Shown here in pieces: positions 60,605 through 64,000 of a stretch of DNA of 64,000 bases. The notes under the pieces were generated by a model, which saw nothing but the letters and a program-made list of their open reading frames with translations, made no database searches and was not told the DNA's origin. Numbering within the stretch: position 1 is the stretch's first letter; each line of letters starts with the position of its first letter. The DNA is from Macrostomum hystrix (taxonomy: Eukaryota; Animalia; Platyhelminthes), in contig CATNEN010000038.1 in NCBI GenBank assembly GCA_950097015.1, positions 15,562,001 through 15,626,000 on the forward strand, written 5' to 3'. Both the position numbers and the translations under genes were made by a program.

Positions 60605-63600
60605 TCAAGCCTGTGGCATCTGAGGCTGGGGATGCGGCATCTGGAACCACTGGACTAGTCCGTCCTGTACCAAATCATCCTGCAGGAAGCGCCAGCTATC
60701 AGACTGCGGCTCCTTAGTGTACAGGTAGACGCACGGCTGGCCGACATCGTTAAAGTACACAACCTGAGCCTTAATGCGCTTGTTAGGCCCGGATAGGTAG
60801 CGCTCGTGAAGGGCTCGGCTTAGACGCTCCAGCTGAGTCTCAGGATCTTCGTCATCGGTTAGGATTGGCGAGACGTAGGCCAGGTGGCCTTCCACAGCTT
60901 GGAATGGCAGGTGCATCATCTCTGTGCTGTAAGGGTTGAATGCAGTTTAGAATATTTTTAAATTATCTACCGTAATAAATAATCTACCGTAATCTGCCGG
61001 CTTTCCTAGAAACTCGACTTTCTTAGAAACCATAAGCTTTCTTAGAAACCACAAGCATTCTTAGAAACCACAAGCTTTCTTAGAAACACAAGCTTTCTTA
61101 GAAACACAAGCTTTCTTAGAAACCACAAACTTTCTTAGAAACCACAAGCTTTCTTAGAAACCACAAGCATTCTTAGAAACCACAAGCATTCTTAGAAACC
61201 ACAAGTTTTCTTAGAAACCACAAGCTTTCTTAGAAACACAAGCTTTCTTAGAAACCACAAACTTTCTTAGAAACCACAAGCTTTCTTAGAAACCACAAGC
61301 TTTCTTAGAAATAAGTAGCTTTATAGAAACCACAAAATTTCTCATTAACCTAATACTTCCTAAGAACGCTAAATTTCTTAGAAACCACATACTTTCTAAG
61401 AAGCCCCAAACTTTCTTAGAAACCAAAAATCTTCATAGAAACTGAAAGGTATCATATAAAGTACAGAATTTATAATTATATCGCCAATCCTAACCGCTGA
61501 TTTAAACAATTTAGCTTTCTTAAGATGCCATCGAATGTACTGAGGGGATCAGAGTGAAGGTATCGGGTTCGATTTCTGACTCCATTGAATTTCTCTGCAT
61601 TGATTTAGTTTACCTAGCAGATTAACGGGGTAAAAATGAGCTGGGCTAATTGAGGGTAAGCTTGACTTTAGCCAGTCCATGGACTGAACATTCGTACGAA
61701 GCCTTTAGATCCTGTTCTGTCGGCCGCACTTTTAGCCTAATAAGACAGGTGTCGATAATAAAAAAATAATTTTCTTATAAAACGGAGACTTTCGGAAATT
61801 ACTAATAACTTAACGTTATAAAACTTACACAACAATATATAAAGAAAATATAATCTACAGAGTTTTTAGCACTGGAGTTATGCTCGGAATTTAGCAGTTT
61901 GAGGAAAGATTCCTTCCGGCATCCTTCAAGCCTCTTTGTCTAAACTTTTTTTCTCAAATAGGATCGGTTTCTTAACAAAGCTAGTAAATATTGTGACACT
62001 TGAGTACCTAAACGATCCAGTCTGCCTGTTTGCAAATAGCCAGGTATATTGTGACTGGCAGTTTGGGTTGAATCTAAGTGCAAATCTAAGTCTAAAGTTT
62101 AAGCAATAAAGCGATTATAAACAGTGAACAGTTAGTATAGAAAGACAGAATGACGGACGCTTGATTAAAATGAAATAGTAAACAGATGTAAACAGATTGT
62201 GTCTAGATAAACGAAATAAATAGTGAGACGCTATCAGTTAAACGATTAAAGCTAAATAACGAAATTAAACGACAAGAAAAAAAGATAACAGGGAAGAATG
62301 ACAGGTGCGTTTAACCCACAAATTTATAATCTATAAATTTCATAATCGTAAAATTTAATTATCACTATAAACGTCATATTTATTAAATTGCAGAATTTAC
62401 CGCTACAAAGGAGGACATAATAACTAATTTCACATGCCCTACATTTCACTTCCTGCTTCATGCGGTTATAAAAGCAGCACAGAAAGAAAGACTAGCTAAA
62501 ACGGAAAATAAATTAGCAATGTAGCATTTGTTCAGCATTAGTCATCACTGCAGTGGAGTGAAATGGGAATAGGGTGAAGACCAGACTGGAATCTTAATAA
62601 TCCTCGTGACTAGCCAGGATTGTACTTTTATAATTGCAAAGAAGCGTGCTAGCTGCTGACTAAAGAAGTAAAGGCTGTGTAAGTTATCATACTTTTCCGA
62701 ATTCTAGAAACAGGCGACATAAACGATAATGACTTAAGTAACGATAATAAGAGGAGGTTGTAGCTTTGTTGTAAGAGCGTCGGATTCCAGACTTGAAGGT
62801 CGGGGGTTCGATTCCCGACTCCACTGGAACAATTTTTGTCCTTTAGCAAGACACTTAACTATGCATTGTTTTAGATCACCGAGCTGTTAAATGGGTACCA
62901 CTACCAAAATCCGCTGGGGTAATTGGGGGTAGGTGTGACATCAGCCAGTCCATGGACTGAACAGCCGTGCGCAGCCTTGAGATGCGCCGCGCAATGATTG
63001 CGGGTGTGCTGTCGGCTGCACATCTGGCCCAATTAGTGCGGATTTTATGCAATAATATTTTAATGAATTAATTTCGAATAACGATAAGTAACGATAATCA
63101 CCGAAAAGTAACGATTACGACTGAAGTAACGATTTTAAGACTTAAGTAACGATAATGGCAGATTCTTTAACCACGGTCGTAACACTGATGCTCAATCCTA
63201 TGACCCATTTTAAGGCATAGGTAATCACTCTAGACCCGCACCTAAAGATAATGAGAGCAAAATAAGAGCAAAATTTGGGCTAACTAACCGGATCTGTTTA
63301 AGACAGCCCACTGGCATTCGTTCGTAGCCGCCCCAGTCCAGGTATTTCATCAGCACCAGGTCCTCCTCCGGGTAGACATCGGCAATGATGGCTCGGTACC
63401 AGGCGGTGCCGAAGGGCGCAACACAGACTGCGCCGGGGTTCACAGGCCTCGGCAGGGCGGGCACGCTAGCCTGATCAGCGTAGTGCTTCATGATGGTGTA
63501 GTCCATCTTCTCCAGATGATGAAAGCTGGGGTGAGTTGGCTGCTGCATGAAGACTGTGGTGCCGCGGCACATTGCGCAGACGTTTACGTCGACTAGGGCG

Positions 63601-63617
63601 CCAACTGGCAGGCTCAG
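60605..63617 (-). CDS. AKAP1: AKAP1/spoonbill-like KH-Tudor protein, last two coding exons (5'-partial)
   Basis: Exons 63617-63289 and 60926-60605 join in phase 2: LSLPVGALVDV...FMQQPTHPSFHHL...AWYRA...YLDWGGY...LKQIR|TEMMHLPFQAVE. This matches the AKAP1 extended Tudor (FVQQHTHPTF, YVDYGGY, LRQIRSDFVTLPFQG). The KH domain is presumed to lie outside the window. Confidence 0.85.
61015..61440. repeat. 19-bp minisatellite (CTTAGAAACCACAAGCTTT)
   Basis: Direct inspection. Confidence 0.9.
61550..61750 (+). mobile_element. SINE family A, degenerate copy
   Basis: GGTTCGATTTCTGACTCCATTG...AGCCAGTCCATGGACTGAACA...CTGTCGGCCGCAC. Confidence 0.7.
62751..63055 (+). mobile_element. tRNA-derived SINE family A, near full-length copy
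   Basis: B box GGTTCGATTCC at 62805-62815; CORE-like GTCCTTTAGCAAGACACTTAAC; AGCTGTTAAATGGGTACC; AT-rich tail. An 18-bp direct repeat GACTTAAGTAACGATAAT flanks it at 62731 and 63139. Confidence 0.82.
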
Positions 63618-64000
63618 CTGTGGAGTTGAGAAGATTCGTTAAATTCCTAGATTAAATAGCGTGAAAACTAAACAAACACACTAAACCGGAAAATTACGTT
63701 AAAACCCGGAAAATTCCGCAAAACAAGGAAAAATACGTAAATTCAGAAATGTACAAAATATTGAAATAAGTTAAAAAATTTATATGCAGAATTACATATT
63801 TAATAAAAATTTGTAACAATGGGTAGAATGAGGGAGAGTAGCAGAGCAGTTAATGGGTCTGTCTCTCGTAAAAATGTAGGTGAGATATCTATTACGAGAC
63901 GAGGTCGCGTTTATTAAGGGTCGCTACAGCGGAGAAAAAAACTTTGGTAGATCGGTGTGCAACTTGCACAATGGGTGTATCAAACTGTCTGATAATGAAA

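Noticed and set aside
62751-62825. tRNA gene (also 23740-23785 and 51150-51220)
   Set aside because: B box present but no complete cloverleaf, and each continues into a shared repeat body, so these are SINE heads.

Overview
Eukaryotic (metazoan) genomic DNA. The intron-minisatellite load, codon usage and gene content suggest a flatworm such as Macrostomum; this is an inference. Three spliced protein-coding genes lie on the minus strand. (1) An F-BAR/FX-domain, Stac-like adaptor gene (12 exons, 2610-18171) with a probable internal alternative first exon. (2) A complete, divergent vinculin gene (13-14 exons, 33562-52847). (3) The last two exons of an AKAP1/spoonbill-like Tudor gene (60605-63617). 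Two Ty3/Gypsy LTR retrotransposons lie on the plus strand: the 3' end of one at 1-2075, and an intact 4.3 kb element at 53233-57557. The intact element has identical LTRs, an ATTTG target-site duplication, a -1 frameshift site with a predicted pseudoknot, a non-canonical primer-binding site and an in-frame 33-bp repeat in pol. There are also two tRNA-derived SINE families, a foldback/MITE, more than 20 different mini/microsatellites (most of the larger introns carry one), and a 9-kb higher-order repeat of 28-bp arrays alternating with five ~750-bp units. The most unusual signal is a pair of mutually reverse-complementary intronic minisatellites bracketing an in-frame 240-nt exon pair of vinculin, a candidate minisatellite-driven circRNA or exon-skipping system. 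Most ORFs in the supplied track are repeat artefacts.
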